From: Vicugna vicugna
Taxonomy: Eukaryota
Assembly: GCA_013265495.1 (NCBI GenBank)
Contig: MU057930.1
Coordinates: forward strand, 133,599 to 197,598
DNA: 64,000 bases
Direction of reading: 5' to 3'
The translations under genes and the position numbers were made by a program. Below are positions 13,646-27,162 of the stretch, piece by piece. Within the stretch, counting starts at the first letter, position 1, and every line of letters starts with the position of its first letter. Below the pieces are notes generated by a model. It was not told the origin of the DNA, ran no database searches, and saw only the letters and a program-made list of their open reading frames with translations.

Positions 13646-15366
13646 ACAGAGTCAGAGGCTGCCCAGTTCAGAATGTCTAAAAGCCACGTGGGTACCGGAC
13701 GAAGAGTGGTCTGAACGATGCATAATGGGAGACATGGAAATCGGCACTGGAGTCTTTCCGCCGTGACTCTGCAAGTCCTCTAGGAGTCAGGGGCTGAGTC
13801 GTGAAGAGTCTTTGATGAAGCATCTTTGTTACACCGGGGACAGGCTCCATCTGTGCATATTCCCACAACGAAAGAGAAGGAAGATGTCGTGCATGGTAAG
13901 ACTTCTGCGAAGTTCCAAGCTGAAGCGGGCATGATGAGGTTAACAGTCTGGACAAGTGACTGTGGACTGGTGGCAGGTGGGGGACACATGCCCAGCTCCC
14001 TGGGCAAGTCAGCTTGATGGGAAGGGTCACCATGATTTTGTGGATGGTCAACAACATCACCTCCCCCTGCAGAGGGCAGAGCGTGGACTGGGAGATGCAG
14101 GAAGAGGTCCATAGGGCCCTCCCCGACTCAGCGGCCTTCATTAAAACATCCAGAAACACAACCTCTACTCCGTGGAGAAGTGCTGCTTGAGCGGCATCAA
14201 AGGACGTTACCATGAGGGGCAGACTTCATGGATTATTCAGAGAACATGTTACTCGTTACCTTTCATGGGATGACTGCAGTCCCGTCCCAAAACAAAGCCA
14301 TCAGTGAGGAGATGGGTGGGCTGGAAACGTGGCCAGTGGACATGGAAAAAGTTTCTCTTGCTGCCACTTCCCACGGGGAGGTGGGGAGAGGCGTCTGGCA
14401 GGAGGGACTTGCTTATGCGAATTGTTAGCATCCAGATGTGGACAGCATCAAACGCAAAGCATAAAAATAAAAGAGAAAAAGCCACCATTCTGCCCTGAAT
14501 CCCTCTGCAACCTTCCAAGGGTTCCCTCCTGAAGAGAAGAAAGAGAAATTTGATTTTTCTCTGCCTTACATTTCCTTGGAGGAAGCGTTGTGTCTCTGTG
14601 CCCAGATGCAAAGGTGTGTCTGGGATGCAACTGATTTCATGGAGAAAGGGCTTTCAAAATGAGTATTTTACACCATGCAAATTCCAGCTATCAGAAGGAC
14701 CAAGAGGTGGGGTCACAAGTGCAGTTCTAATATAAGAAAGTTAAGACGGGACAGAGAATTTTCTTTATGTTGTTCTGAAAGACTGTATTTTAATCCATGC
14801 ACAGCATATCTTGCTACCGAGGTGATAGGAATCACCACTCTGATAAACGCCCCCTGCAAAAGCAAGGCTGAAAAGTGTCCAAGGTGATGTTAGATAAAAT
14901 TTCTTACCAGCCACCTCCTTATCAAGGGACAGAGGTATCAATGAAATGAAGATGAGCATAAATTCATTCATTTCCGGCAGTAACAGAGGAAAAGGAAGAG
15001 ACTTTTCTCTGGGTTAAGTAAACGTTGCCAAGGTTCAGCTAAGGAGAGAGGACTCAAAAATTAAAGAAAATATCGTATCCAAGGTCAAACAGACAGCTCA
15101 AATGAGCGTCTCCCAATATCCCTTGTGACAATTATCTTAAATTAAATATGATACCGTCAGAGGGCACAGTGAAGACACAGAATTAATTGGTGTCTCCTGG
15201 GTCCCAGAGGAAAAAGCATATTGTACAGGACAGACACAAATCAGAGAGTCAGTACCAGCAGCTGGCTGGGCATCCCTAGGGGGAATCCATTAGTGTCTCT
15301 GGACATTAATGTCCAAAAGTCTGTGATTTTATGTGATAGTAACTACAGCGGACAAGAAAGCAGTAA

Positions 15367-15880
15367 TCATCACCACTGACATCACCACCACTATCCTTAC
15401 TCACCATCACTATCATCATGTCATCATCATCACCATCTCCATCAGCATCAGCATCCCAAACACCACCATCACTACCATGGTCATCAGCAACACCGCCACC
15501 TACATCACCTACATCAGCACCAGCACCATGACCACCACCACCTACATCAGCACCATCACCATCATCACCACCATCTACATCACCTACATCAGCACCATCA
15601 CCATCATCACCACCATCTACATCACCTACATCAGCACCATCACCATCACCACCGTCTACATCACCTACATCAGCACCATCACCATCATCACCACCACCTA
15701 CATCAGCACCATCACCATCACCATCTACATCACCTACATCAGCACCATCACCATCATCACTACCATCATCACCACCTACATCAGCAACAAGGTCATCCCT
15801 ATCATACCATCACCACCATCATTACTATTATCACCACCATCACCTTCATCACTGCCATCGTCATCGCCAACCTCATCACC
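15367..15880. repeat. (CAT/CAC)n trinucleotide-type low-complexity repeat with ~40-bp higher-order units
   Basis: Recurrent atcacctacatcagcaccatcaccatc units; source of the Thr/Ile-rich spurious ORF 15333-15986. Confidence 0.95.
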
Positions 15881-17029
15881 AACACAGCTGTCATTCATCG
15901 AGACCCCACAAAGTACAAGATGTTGTCCCACACTGTATTCCTGTAGCCAGCACTTTTTATGTGCCAGGGACCAGGTGGAGGGCTAGGGAAACTGCTGACA
16001 CGGGTAAACACGCCACACTACAGTACAAGAGGTGGGTGAGGCAGAAGACGGTAAGGAAGGCAGGCTTGGAGGCACCTGACTTCAGGACAGCTCCCTTAGG
16101 GTCTGCAGTGGATGCTGAGCAGTCTAGGGTGAGTAGGATTTGGACAGCCAGGAAGAAGAGAGACCACACGGACAAGTCTAGAGCAAGTGGGAGGACACAT
16201 GGATGGTACTGCACCCTAAGGGTTAAAGCGGATGAGGCAAGAGTGTGGGCATTCCAGAAAGGGCAGGCCAGCCAGGAGGATGGGTTATGGATCAGGTAAC
16301 AAACAGGCAGAGAAGTGGCAGCAATGCAGAAAAAGCAGTGAGCGTTTCAGAGAGACGCTTAGGAGGCAGACGCACAGTGACCAGTTACTGATGAGAGACA
16401 TAAAGGGAAAAGATAAGATACCAAACTTACCAGGGAAACCTCAGGGTCTAGCCTACCACTGGGAGGTGGTGGCACCACTGACCACACCAGGGAGGAGGAA
16501 GATGCCATGTCCAGTCCTGGACGTGCTGGGCAGGCAGAGGGGTCGAGCTCGCAGGAGTCTGGGGGAAAACTCTGTTATCAGGGAGAACCAGCATACGGTC
16601 ATGGATGCACTGTCCACTGTGTTGGGTGAGGTGTTATGACACACTGAGGGTGACAGCATGAAAGGGGACAGTAAAGAAAGTGGAAACTACACGGCAGAGA
16701 ACCAAACGATGCCGCATCCTGGGAGGCGATGACAGTGAACCTTCTAAGACAGCTGCTTAAAGACATGGCTTTTCAGTGTTTGTCATTATTTTGCTAACTC
16801 TGATACGTGCACTGTTACTTGACGAATGTGCCCTGCCAGCTACAATATAAATTCCACACGAGGAAGAACCAAACATATCCAACTGTCTTAAGAGAATTAT
16901 TTGCCAAGTGCCTGGTCCCAGTGCCAGCGGTGGTTTAAGGTGTGGCAGCGTGCCCAGGAGCCAGCCAAATGGTTGTGGGGCTGGTTGCTAGCTCCTGCTG
17001 CTGCTTTCAAAGATTGATGGTGTAAGAAT

Positions 17030-17275
17030 GTAGCATTTGAGAGTCTGCGATTTGTAAATGTTAACTACTATGTATAAAAACAGATTTAAAAAAAAAATTT
17101 CTTCTGTTTGTGCAGGGAACTCTATTCAATGTCTTGTAATAACCTTAATGAAAAACAATATGAAAACAGATATGTGTATGCATATATATACATTATATAT
17201 ATGTGCATGACTGGGACCCTGTGCTGTACATCAGAAATTGACACATTGTAACTGTGTTTGAATTAGAAAAAAAGA
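17030..17275 (+). mobile_element. LINE-1 3' UTR fragment
   Basis: cagggaactctattcaatgtcttgtaataacc..., gtgctgtacatcagaaattgacaca. Confidence 0.75.
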
Positions 17276-17872
17276 ATGTAGCATGTGATAAAGAAGAAAA
17301 AGTAGCAAAAAGAAAAATAAAAACTGAAGGAGTATCTCATCTTAGCTAAAACTGAGCATTCCTGAACATTTGAGCTACACCTGGGTAATAAAAGGCCCTC
17401 CCACAGTCCTTTCCTTGTGACCACAGCAGACATCACTAATCAATCACGATCATTCTCATCTCAGGGTGCCGGGCAGCCAGAACCAATCAACCAGCCTCAG
17501 GAGCGGAAACTCACTTGTTTACCCATTCAATTCGTGTTTCCAGTGTAGACAGAGCACCTACCACCTTCCAGCTGCTGCTACAAAATTAATTTCTTTTGAG
17601 GCATATTCATGAATGGGTATTAAATGAAGCTGGTTGCTTTACGGTTATCTTCTAAGAGAAATACACTTTTTTCTCCTCTGTAGGTGAGGATATAACTGAG
17701 TCAGGGGGTGTCTTTTTCACCCTGGAAGCTTATTTAATAGCTGATTCGGGTGGATGTTGTGTATCCAGATTGGTCTATAACTCTGCTTTGGAAACTACCC
17801 ATTTAGGGAGAAAAGTATCTTTAAGGCGTAACGTAAACTTGGTGGCCCTGGTCACTTGGAATGGTATAGATT

Positions 17873-18075
17873 GAGGGCTGGTAAACACTTTGCAGAGACC
17901 CAGGGAGTAAATATTTTCAGCTTTGTGGGTCACATACTCTCTGTCAACTTCGGTCAAACACAGCCACAGACAGAAAGAGAAAGGGTGGGCGTGACTATGT
18001 TTCAGTAAAACTTTATTCGCAAAAACAAGCAGAGGGCCAGATTTAGCTCAGCGTCTGTAGACTGCAGACCCTTGG
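17873..18075. mobile_element. MER58-like hAT-Charlie MITE
   Basis: gtaaatattttcagctttgtgggtcacata, cagtaaaactttatt..caaaaacaagcagagggccagattt. Confidence 0.7.
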
Positions 18076-18790
18076 TCGAGACCCTCCTTGGAGGTGCGGA
18101 GAGAGTATTTGGGAATTCCATGACAGGCAGCAGCCTTCTGGTGATTTGTGACTTTTGCTTATTTCGATGCGTGGCTGATCTGTGTGTGATCTCCAATTCC
18201 ATTTGCATCACGTTGGGAAAATTTAATGTTGGAGAACGAGGCATCCTTTTGCCATGGGTTATCAAAGAGATTTGCCCAGAGTCAAGAATAAATTCCTTTT
18301 TGCTCAAATGTAAATCATATTTTTATTAGGTGATATTTCCTTTCTGCATTCCAAGGCACATCGTTTGCTTTTTTTTTGACAGATGAAACATGAATAATTG
18401 ATGGGTGATTATTCTTTCATTTTGTTTTAAAAGGAAACTAGTATCGATTTGTGTGTGTGTGTGTGTGTCTTCTCTGCTCTTTCCACCTGGAGTTTGACTT
18501 CAGCACAATACGATCACATTCATATATTCCTGCTACCTCATTTTCACGGGTACCCGGTCATAAGTTTGTTTTTTTCTTTCCGACGAGTACAAGGACTTAC
18601 AGCCACATACGTTCTCTTACTGTTTGGGCCGTATTCCAGAGATTCGGGATGCCTTCTGTTTCCATTCCATTGTTGATAAAATGTTTCATTTCTGGCTGTG
18701 CAACCTCTGTCTACACACTCCACAAGGGCAGCTTTTGAAAATTACTGTGCGTTTGGGCATTTGGAAATTCCATCTTGAGTCAGCAGAATT

Positions 18791-18900
18791 GGGGGGAGCA
18801 TATAGCTCAGTGGTCGAGTGCATGCTTAGCATGCATGAGGTCCTGGGCTCAATCCCCAGTCCCTCAATCAAAAATAAAGCCAAAAAGTAAATAAATAAAG
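18791..18900 (+). mobile_element. vic-1-like tRNA-derived SINE
   Basis: ggggggagcatatagctcagtggtcgagtgcatgcttagcatgcatgaggtcctgggctcaatccccagt plus A-rich tail. Confidence 0.9.
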
Positions 18901-20154
18901 TATTTTTTAAAGTAATAATGATGATAATGATGATATTATTATTACAGAGATAAGTATACTATAGACACAAGTAATATTATAGAGACAAACAGCAGGTTTG
19001 ACCACTGCTGCCAGATGAGCGGATACCACACATGACCCCTCTACCCAGCCAGACCTGGGTACAAAGAACATGTGCTCCAGGTGAGAGGGCTTTTTATGAC
19101 TGTGTCCCTAAAGGAATCCTAACATAGCCTCGTGTTTAATTTTACAAGCAGAGGATGCAGGAAATTAGCTCCAAACAGGAAGGGTCATTCTGCAAGGGGA
19201 GGTCGCTGGTGGCAAGTCCACCTCCAGACGACGGGAGGTCAGCTCTTAAGATGGCACATTTAGGAACAGCTTGCCTTCCTGGGTTGTCACACCACCCCCC
19301 TGAGGTTCTCTCCAGCATGGACACGTGAAAAGGCACCATCAGTTACATGCTCAAGACACCAACACTCTGGGGACAAGCCCTGGCAGGTGTCTGACGGGCC
19401 AAAGCCCACACCTGGAATGGCGTTTTAGCAAAAGAGCAAGGACTGCGTAAGACAACCCCTGGAAACCCAAGGGGAGCCGCCCCTGGCCAAGCCCAGGCTT
19501 ATCTGCAGGCATCGGGCTGAGGACTCATGCCAGCAAGAGGCTGGGAAAAGAACAGGGCGGAGTCAAGCGCAAGGGGCCACCTGCCAGGTGCTGGAAGGTG
19601 ATCTCAGGTAAGGAGGCTCATTCAGGAACATAGAGCAAGGCGCCCGACTCCCCAGACACGGAGAGAACTCCACTCGCAGCGCCACCAGGCAGGCGTTGCA
19701 ACATCTGTGCCCTGGGTCCCTGGGAAGTGCCCTGCATCCCGGACAACCCTCTTCAGGCCAACACGGCTTCACCCAGTGGTCAAATCAGCACACAGATGAA
19801 TGGTCAGCGTGGAAAAGGCACCATGTAGGACGAGGGAAAGGGGTCCATCCGTGGTCGGCCGTGACGGGTACCAGATTTCAGGCTCTCCAACTGGCAACGT
19901 GTGTTCATGCCTTTGGCGTCCTCATTCTCTGTGTCCGAGTACATCTTCAAGGGGGAAAGTGAGTAAGCATTTTGGACACAAACGTGAGGATTCTGGACGC
20001 ATACAGGAATGAGACTTGCAACTAATAGGAAGTAAGTTGGGATATGCTGATGACAGAAGAGGACGCAGCCATAAAAGGACTTCTGTTCATTAACAAGGAA
20101 GATGTCCCAAACGAACAGAATGTGGAAAAGATGCCAGGCACAAGGAAGACGTTC

Positions 20155-21915
20155 TTAATGGATATATACATAATAGATGTATTTGTATAGAAATATATAT
20201 ATAATGGGCATGTATATAATAGATATGTATAATGAATACATATATAATGGATGCATGTAACACGTATATATGTATAATGGATACATAATGGAAATATGTA
20301 ATGGATATACAGTATATATAATGGACATATCATATGGAGATATGTAATGGATAAAGTATATATAATGGCTATATCATGGATATATATAATGAATATATGT
20401 AATGGATACATGTGTAATGAATATATATAATGGATATATATAGTAGCTATATATGGGTATATACAATGGATATCTACATGCTGGATTATATATACTGGGT
20501 ATATATACAATGGATATGTATATAAAATGGATATATCTACACGTATATATATATAACGGATATACATAATGGATACACATGTAACGAATATATACAATGG
20601 ATATATATGGCAGTTACATATGGATATATATAGTGGATATCCACATGGTGGTATATACTGGGTATATAAAATGAATATATATACATATATATACACATAC
20701 ACACACACAATGAATATGTATATATAATGGATATATATAATGGGTATATATAACGAATATACATAATGTATATATATGTAATGAATATATATAATGGATA
20801 TATATAGTAGCTATATATGGATATATATAATGGATATCCACATAGTGGGTTATATATACTGGGTATATATAATGAATATATATATATATATATATATACA
20901 CACAATGGATATGTATATATAGTAGGTATATATAATGAAGATATATATAATTGATACATACATATAATGGATATATATAAAATGCATGCATATATAATAG
21001 ATACACATATCTATATAGAAACACATAATGGATAAGTATACAGTGGATATATGTGGATATATATAGTGCATATATATAATGAATATATATATAATTGGTA
21101 TGTACCATGAATATACATAATGAATATATGCATATTCATACATAATGGATATATAACAAATATATATATAATGGATATATATGGATCTAATGGATATATA
21201 TAGTGGATATATAAAATGGTATATATAATGGATATATTAATATGGGCATATATAGTGGATATAGATAATGAATAATACATATATAATGGATATGTATACA
21301 TAATGGATATATATAATTGATATACATATAACGGATATAGTGAAGATATATGTAACGGATCTATACAATGGAGATATATAATGGATACATATATAATGGC
21401 TATATATAGGTAATCGATATGTATATGTAATGGATATATACATAATTGATACATACATATAATGGATATATATAATCGAGATATATAATGGATATGTAAA
21501 ATGAAGATTATATGTAATGGATATATATATACAGCATGTATACTGGATACATATATAATGGATACATAATGGACATATATAAAGGATACTATATACAATG
21601 TATATATATATAATGGGTATATATCATGAATATATATAATGGGTATATATGGATCTAATGGCTATCTATAGTGTGTGAATATATATAATGGGTATATCGA
21701 TATGGGTAATATAATGGATATATACAATGGAGATACATAATGGGTACATATATGTAACGGATGTACACAGTGGATATGTATCACTAATATAGATATATAT
21801 AATGCACACATACATATAACGGGTATATACATAATAGAACATTTAGTGGATGTATACAATAATGGATATACATGTAATGGGCATATATAATGGATATATA
21901 TGTATAATGGATACA
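20155..21915. repeat. ~1.75 kb AT-rich (TA)n/ATAATGGAT minisatellite
   Basis: Repeated atatataatggatat units; source of many Y/I/H-rich spurious ORFs. Confidence 0.95.
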
Positions 21916-22479
21916 GAGACACATCCTGGGGGACAGCTGGGGTGTTGCTTCCTCATGAGGGTCATGTTCTGGATTTGAAGAATGCAGACCCTTCCTGCCC
22001 ATGGGCTAAGGGAACCCAAGACACCCCCTTCCAACTCTCAGGCCACGCTCAGGGTACTTGGGGCATGTGTGGGACCCTCTGCTGAGTTCCCACTGCTACA
22101 CAGATGCCACAGAGGAATGGTGACCACACCCCCCTGGTTTCCTGCCCTCATTTTGTCCCATCGGCAGAGGCTTGCAAAGGCACCTCTCTCCCACACCCCT
22201 GCAGAGGTGTGTGTACCCATCTCACTGGGGACAGGACACTCTACAATGCACAAGTCCGTGTCCCTGAAAGACCCCGGGGCCATTGACACCCACCCTTCTC
22301 CCGTCCGTCAAGAGGCTTGAGCTGTTTTTTGTTTTCCCGCCCACCCATCTTCTTTCTGTTTCCCTGCCTTTCTCTCCACCTCGCCCCATCTGCAAGGGTC
22401 TCTCTATATCTGGGTTTATTCCCAGACTCTGACTTCAGATGTAACTTCTCCATGTATCAACTGCATGACAGCAAGGTTC

Positions 22480-22630
22480 TTCCTGAAACGTTCCGTGCTC
22501 CGGTTTCCTCACTGGTAAAACGGGAAGTGTGGTAATACCTCCTTCCTAGGACAGGATCACTTCAATCACTACAGGCAGAGTTTAAAACCCTGCCCGCTAC
22601 GTGACCAGTCTCCGACACAATGCATGTATT
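22480..22630 (+). mobile_element. MIR core fragment
   Basis: ccgtgctccggtttcctcactggtaaaacggga...taatacctccttcctagg resembles the MIR core. Confidence 0.55.
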
Positions 22631-23132
22631 GATTCTAATGACAGTAATTCCTAACAAAGAGTGGTCTGGTTGTCTCTTTTGCTGAAGCTCTTTAACTTCA
22701 GTAGCTTATTAAAGACAGACTACACATTCTGGTTTGCCACAGACAATTCTCATTTATCTTTTTTGGGGGGGAGGGGCCCTGATGATCCTTCTCAGATTCC
22801 AAAGTGCCCAGATACAGAGCTGAAAGACAAACTGGCAAGTGAGTGGTGGGTTGAGGAGTCAAAGGTCAAGAGTTTTTCATGGGGGGGCCAGAAAGATAAC
22901 AGAAGTAACATTTCCAGAATAATTTTTAGAGACAGTAACATAAGGAAGTTCCCTAGTGACTGAGTTTAAAAGCAAAGAGCATCTTGAGATGTTTTTAAAG
23001 GAAGACATCAAAACGAATGTCCTTTGTGATGACTCCATCCCACAAAGGAAAGAGGAGAAACACAGGAACAGAATGCCAGATGGTGCAACAGCAAGTGAAA
23101 AATATTGCACACTGCATTAATTATTGGTGAAG

Positions 23133-23945
23133 CATTACTACATATAAAATAAGCAAACAACAAAAACTTACTGCATCAACAGGTGACTGGATAAAGAAGA
23201 TGTGGTATATTTATATAATGGAATACTACTCAGCCATGAAAAGGAATAAAGTAATGCCATTTGCAACAACGTGGATGGACCCAGAGATCATCACACTAAG
23301 TGAAGTAAGCCTGAAAGAGAAAGACAAATACCATATGATATCACTTACATGTGGAATCAAAAAAAAAAAGGCAAATGAACTTATTTACAAAACAGAAACA
23401 GTCTCACAGACATAGGGAACAAAGTAACAAACTTATGGTTACCAGGGGACAGAGTGGGTGGGAAGGGATAAAGTGGTAATTCAAAATTTGCCCCTCTTGG
23501 GGGGGGATGGAAATGCTAGCTGTCTTGATTGTGGTGGTGGTTTCATGGGTGTTTACATCTATCAAAACTCATCCAACTGTACATCTGAAATATGTGTAGT
23601 TTACTGTACAGGAACCCTACCATAATCAAGGTGCTTTTCTAAAAAAACAAAATAACCTACTGTATAGCACAGGGAACTATATTCAGTTTCTTGGAATAAC
23701 ATAATGAAAAATAATCTGACCAAGCATGTATTTATACATGTATGTATATGTATAGCTGAATCATTTTGCTGAAACTAACATTGTAAATCAACTACACATC
23801 AATAAAAAAATTTTTTTTAAATAAAAAGTTTCGTCTGTAGAGCACAGGAAACTGTTCAGTATCTTGTAATAACCTTTAATGAAAAGAATATGAAAAAGAA
23901 AAAATTTTTTTAATTAAAACAATTAAGAAAAAAATAAAAATATAC
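23133..23945 (+). mobile_element. Composite/nested LINE-1 3' insertion
   Basis: L1 ORF2 tail (MWYIYIMEYYSAMKRNK...) and 3' UTR pieces, flanked by direct repeat tattggtgaag (23122-23132 and 23946-23956). Confidence 0.85.
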
Positions 23946-24349
23946 TATTGGTGAAGGAAATAGAACTGTGTACACAGGATGAGAATGAAAATTCTTCCCT
24001 GTGGGATTTTTTTTTCCTTTACTCTTACAAGTATTTGCAGAGGGCAGACAATCTCGCGGTCTCATGGAACTCACCTTGCTGGCGCTTGGAGAGGTTAAGA
24101 TTAATCACTGCCTGAGCCTGAGCCATGAGGCGCCCTCACAGGGAGAACACAGTGAGACCGGTGGTGGCAGATTTAATGTTCGGAAGGGGCTGTGCTGCAA
24201 TTTCTATGCCTTTGGAAAAGACATGATGACCTTCTAAACCTTCTAACTGCCCCCAGGAAACTGTCTGTCTGGCCGCTTGTCTGTGATCTGTCTAGCCGGG
24301 TATGCCGGCTAACTGGTGAACTCGGGACGCTAAATGAAAGATGAAAGGA

Positions 24350-25000
24350 AGACTCATGGACACAGAAACAAACTTATGGTCACCAAGGGGACAGTGGGGG
24401 AAGGGATACACTAGGAGTTTGGGATGTGCAGATACACATACTGTATATAAAATAGATAAACAACAGGTCCTACTGCACACCACAGGGAACTACAATTTCT
24501 TATAATAACCTATAATGGAAAAGAACCTAAAAAGAAAAAATGTGTCTGTCTATGTCTAATTGAGTCTCTTGGCTGTACACCTGAAATGAACATTGTAAGT
24601 CAACTACACTTTAAATTTTTTTTTTCTAAAGGTGAAAGGGAGACATTCTACAAAACACCTGCCCAGTGCTCTGTAAAACTCTCAAGGTCATCAAAACACA
24701 AGAGGAGTCTGAGAAATGAGGACAGCCCAGAGGTGTCTAAAGGGAGGAGGCCACTAAGTATGGATGTAGCATCCTGGATGGGGTTCTAGGGGACAGACGG
24801 GAACAGAAGAGAGACATCAGGTGAAAATGAAGGAACTAAAAATGTAAGGTCTTAGGCATAAGAGATTCATCAAATTCTGTCACTGTGACATATGGACTTC
24901 AGTAAGATACTAACAACAGAGAAACTGGGTGCAGGGTACGTGGGAACCGTCTGTCGCCTTCACAACTCTTCTGTAACCTGGAACTGCTCTAAAATTAAAT
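24350..25000 (+). mobile_element. L1 3' UTR fragment followed by an older L1MC-like 3' fragment
   Basis: aaacttatggtcaccaagggg...gctgtacacctgaaa, then agacattctacaaaacacctg..., tcaaggtcatcaaaacacaag..gtctgagaaa. Confidence 0.7.
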
Positions 25001-25034
25001 GCCTGTTTGTTTGTTTTCAAAAATGACATTAAAT

Positions 25035-25740
25035 CATTCACTGTCACCTCACACCTGTCAGAACAGCCATCATCAAAAAGACCAGGAATAACAGATGTTG
25101 GCAGCAAAGATGTGGAGAAGAGGGAAGCCTTGAACACTGTTGGTGGGAATGTAAATTGGTGCAACCACTGTGGAGAACAGTATAGAGGTTTCTCAAAATG
25201 GGTACCTAAAAAGAGATCTACCATATGACACAGCAATCCCACTCCTGGGCATGTATCTGGAGGGAACCTTAACTCAAAAAGACACATGCACCCCATGTTC
25301 ACAGTAGCACTATTTACAAGAGCCAATATATGGAAACAACCTAAGTGTCCATCGACAGAGGACTGGATAAAGAAGATGTGGTGTATTTACACAATGGAAT
25401 ACTACTCAGCCATAAAAAAGAACAGAATTTTGCCATTTGCAACAACACAGATTTGGAGGGCATTATACTAAGTGAAATAAGCCAGAGAAAGACAAATACT
25501 GTATGTTATCACTTAAATGTGGAATCTAAAAAATATAACAAACTAGGGAATACAACAAAACAGAAGCAGACTCACAGACACAGAGAACAAGCTAGTGGTG
25601 ACCAGTGGGGACAGGGGGTTAAGTAGAGGTGGGGGGAAAGGGTTACAATGGGACTATATGAAGTCATGTGTCTGAAACATCTGAAAATTGTAAAAGCATG
25701 ATAGGATTTAAAGAATCTTCCATTCAATTAAAAAAATATA
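25035..25740 (+). mobile_element. LINE-1 3' end
   Basis: ORF2 C-terminal remnant ([30 protein letters not shown]) plus 3' UTR. Confidence 0.9.
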
Positions 25741-26584
25741 TGTATGACAAAAATGACCAAAAAATAGAACTTAAAGAAAATTTGAGAAAGGAAAAAAAAA
25801 ATCCACAATTATCACTCAATGCCAAGTAGCTCCGCAGCCCACCCCACCCCCTCATCTGTGCACTGCGTCCTGTTTATTTCGTTCCTGGTGGAAAGCCTTA
25901 TGTTCTGCATTTCTGGAGCTTTCTGCCTTTGGAATCAGTCACCTGAGATGGTGTTTCAGTGGGGCTGGGAGGGCACCTGCCTCCCCGTGTATAACCAGTT
26001 GAGCAACTGGAATGGAACGTGTGGGACTGTGGGCACATTCGGGGTGACACGGGTCATTAGCCAACCTCGGGGTTTCCCAGGGGAGACGACCTTATCACCA
26101 TGCCCCCGGGCTCCCAAAACTTTTACTGCTCGAGTCATTACATGGTGAAGGAAGCTCTCTTGCAGGAAATTGTCTTCATAATTAACCACCCCTGGCCCTG
26201 CAAAACCAAACCCCAAAACACTAATAAAAACTGCACCACCACAAAAACCAAACAGCAAAATGGCCTCACAACGCTCCAATGAACCCACGTGGAAACAGGT
26301 GACAACTTAAATTCCTCTTGTAAGGACTGGAGGGAGGGGAATGCTGCTTTGCAGATTTCAGCAGTGACTCACACAAGCCAGGGCGAGATGCCCTCACCCC
26401 AAGTCCCGAGTGTGATCTGACTGCAAATGCAGTGTCTGTCCTCTTTCTAGCAAGAAGGAGACAGGCCTGCCTTGCTCTGTGTTCCACAGTTTTCTCCATC
26501 AAGGGTGTCTTCAAGACCAATTTTGCATCTTTCCTATTCAGCCATCCTGCCGGCAGGAGCTTACTCAATCCTTAAGTTTTAAAA

Positions 26585-27162
26585 TTTATTTTTATTGAAG
26601 TAGAGTTGATTTACAATGTTATGCTAGTTTCAGGTGTACAGCATAGTGACTCAGTCATACACATATTTTTTTCACATTGTTTTCCGTTATAGGTTATTAC
26701 AAGATATTGACTATTGTTTCCAGTAGGACCTTGTTGTTTACCTATTTTACATATAATCATGTGTATCTGTTAATCCCAACCTCTTTTAATTTATCCCTCC
26801 TTCCCCATCCCCTTCCCCTTTGGTAAATTTGGATCACTGTAAATTTGTTTCCTATGTGAATCTGTTTTGTAAATAAGTTCATTTGTATCATATTTTAGAT
26901 TCCACATAGAAGTGATATCATATGGTATTTGTCTTTCTCTGTCTGACTTACTTCACTTAGTAGGATCATCTCTAGGTCCATCCATGCTGCTGCAAACGGA
27001 AGTACTTCATTCTTTTTTATGGCTGTGTAGTATTCCATTGTATAAATATACCACTTCTTCTTTACCCACTCATCTGCAGATGGACTTTAGGCTGCTTCCA
27101 TGTTTGGCTATTGTAAATAGTGCTGCTGTGAAGATTGGGGTGCAGGTGTCTTTTCGAATTGT
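26585..27162 (-). mobile_element. LINE-1 3' end
   Basis: attgaagtagagttgatttacaatgtt..., ttttagattccacata, ccatgtttggctattgtaaatagtgctgct. Confidence 0.9.

Noticed and set aside
15333..15986. 217-aa Thr/Ile-rich ORF (mucin-like)
   Set aside because: Translation of a CAT/CAC simple repeat.
18791..18865. tRNA-Ala-like sequence as a tRNA gene (also the other copies)
   Set aside because: Many diverged copies with A-rich tails and TSDs indicate a tRNA-derived SINE, not functional tRNA genes.
20022..22034. Multiple Tyr/Ile/His-rich ORFs
   Set aside because: Translations of the AT-rich minisatellite.
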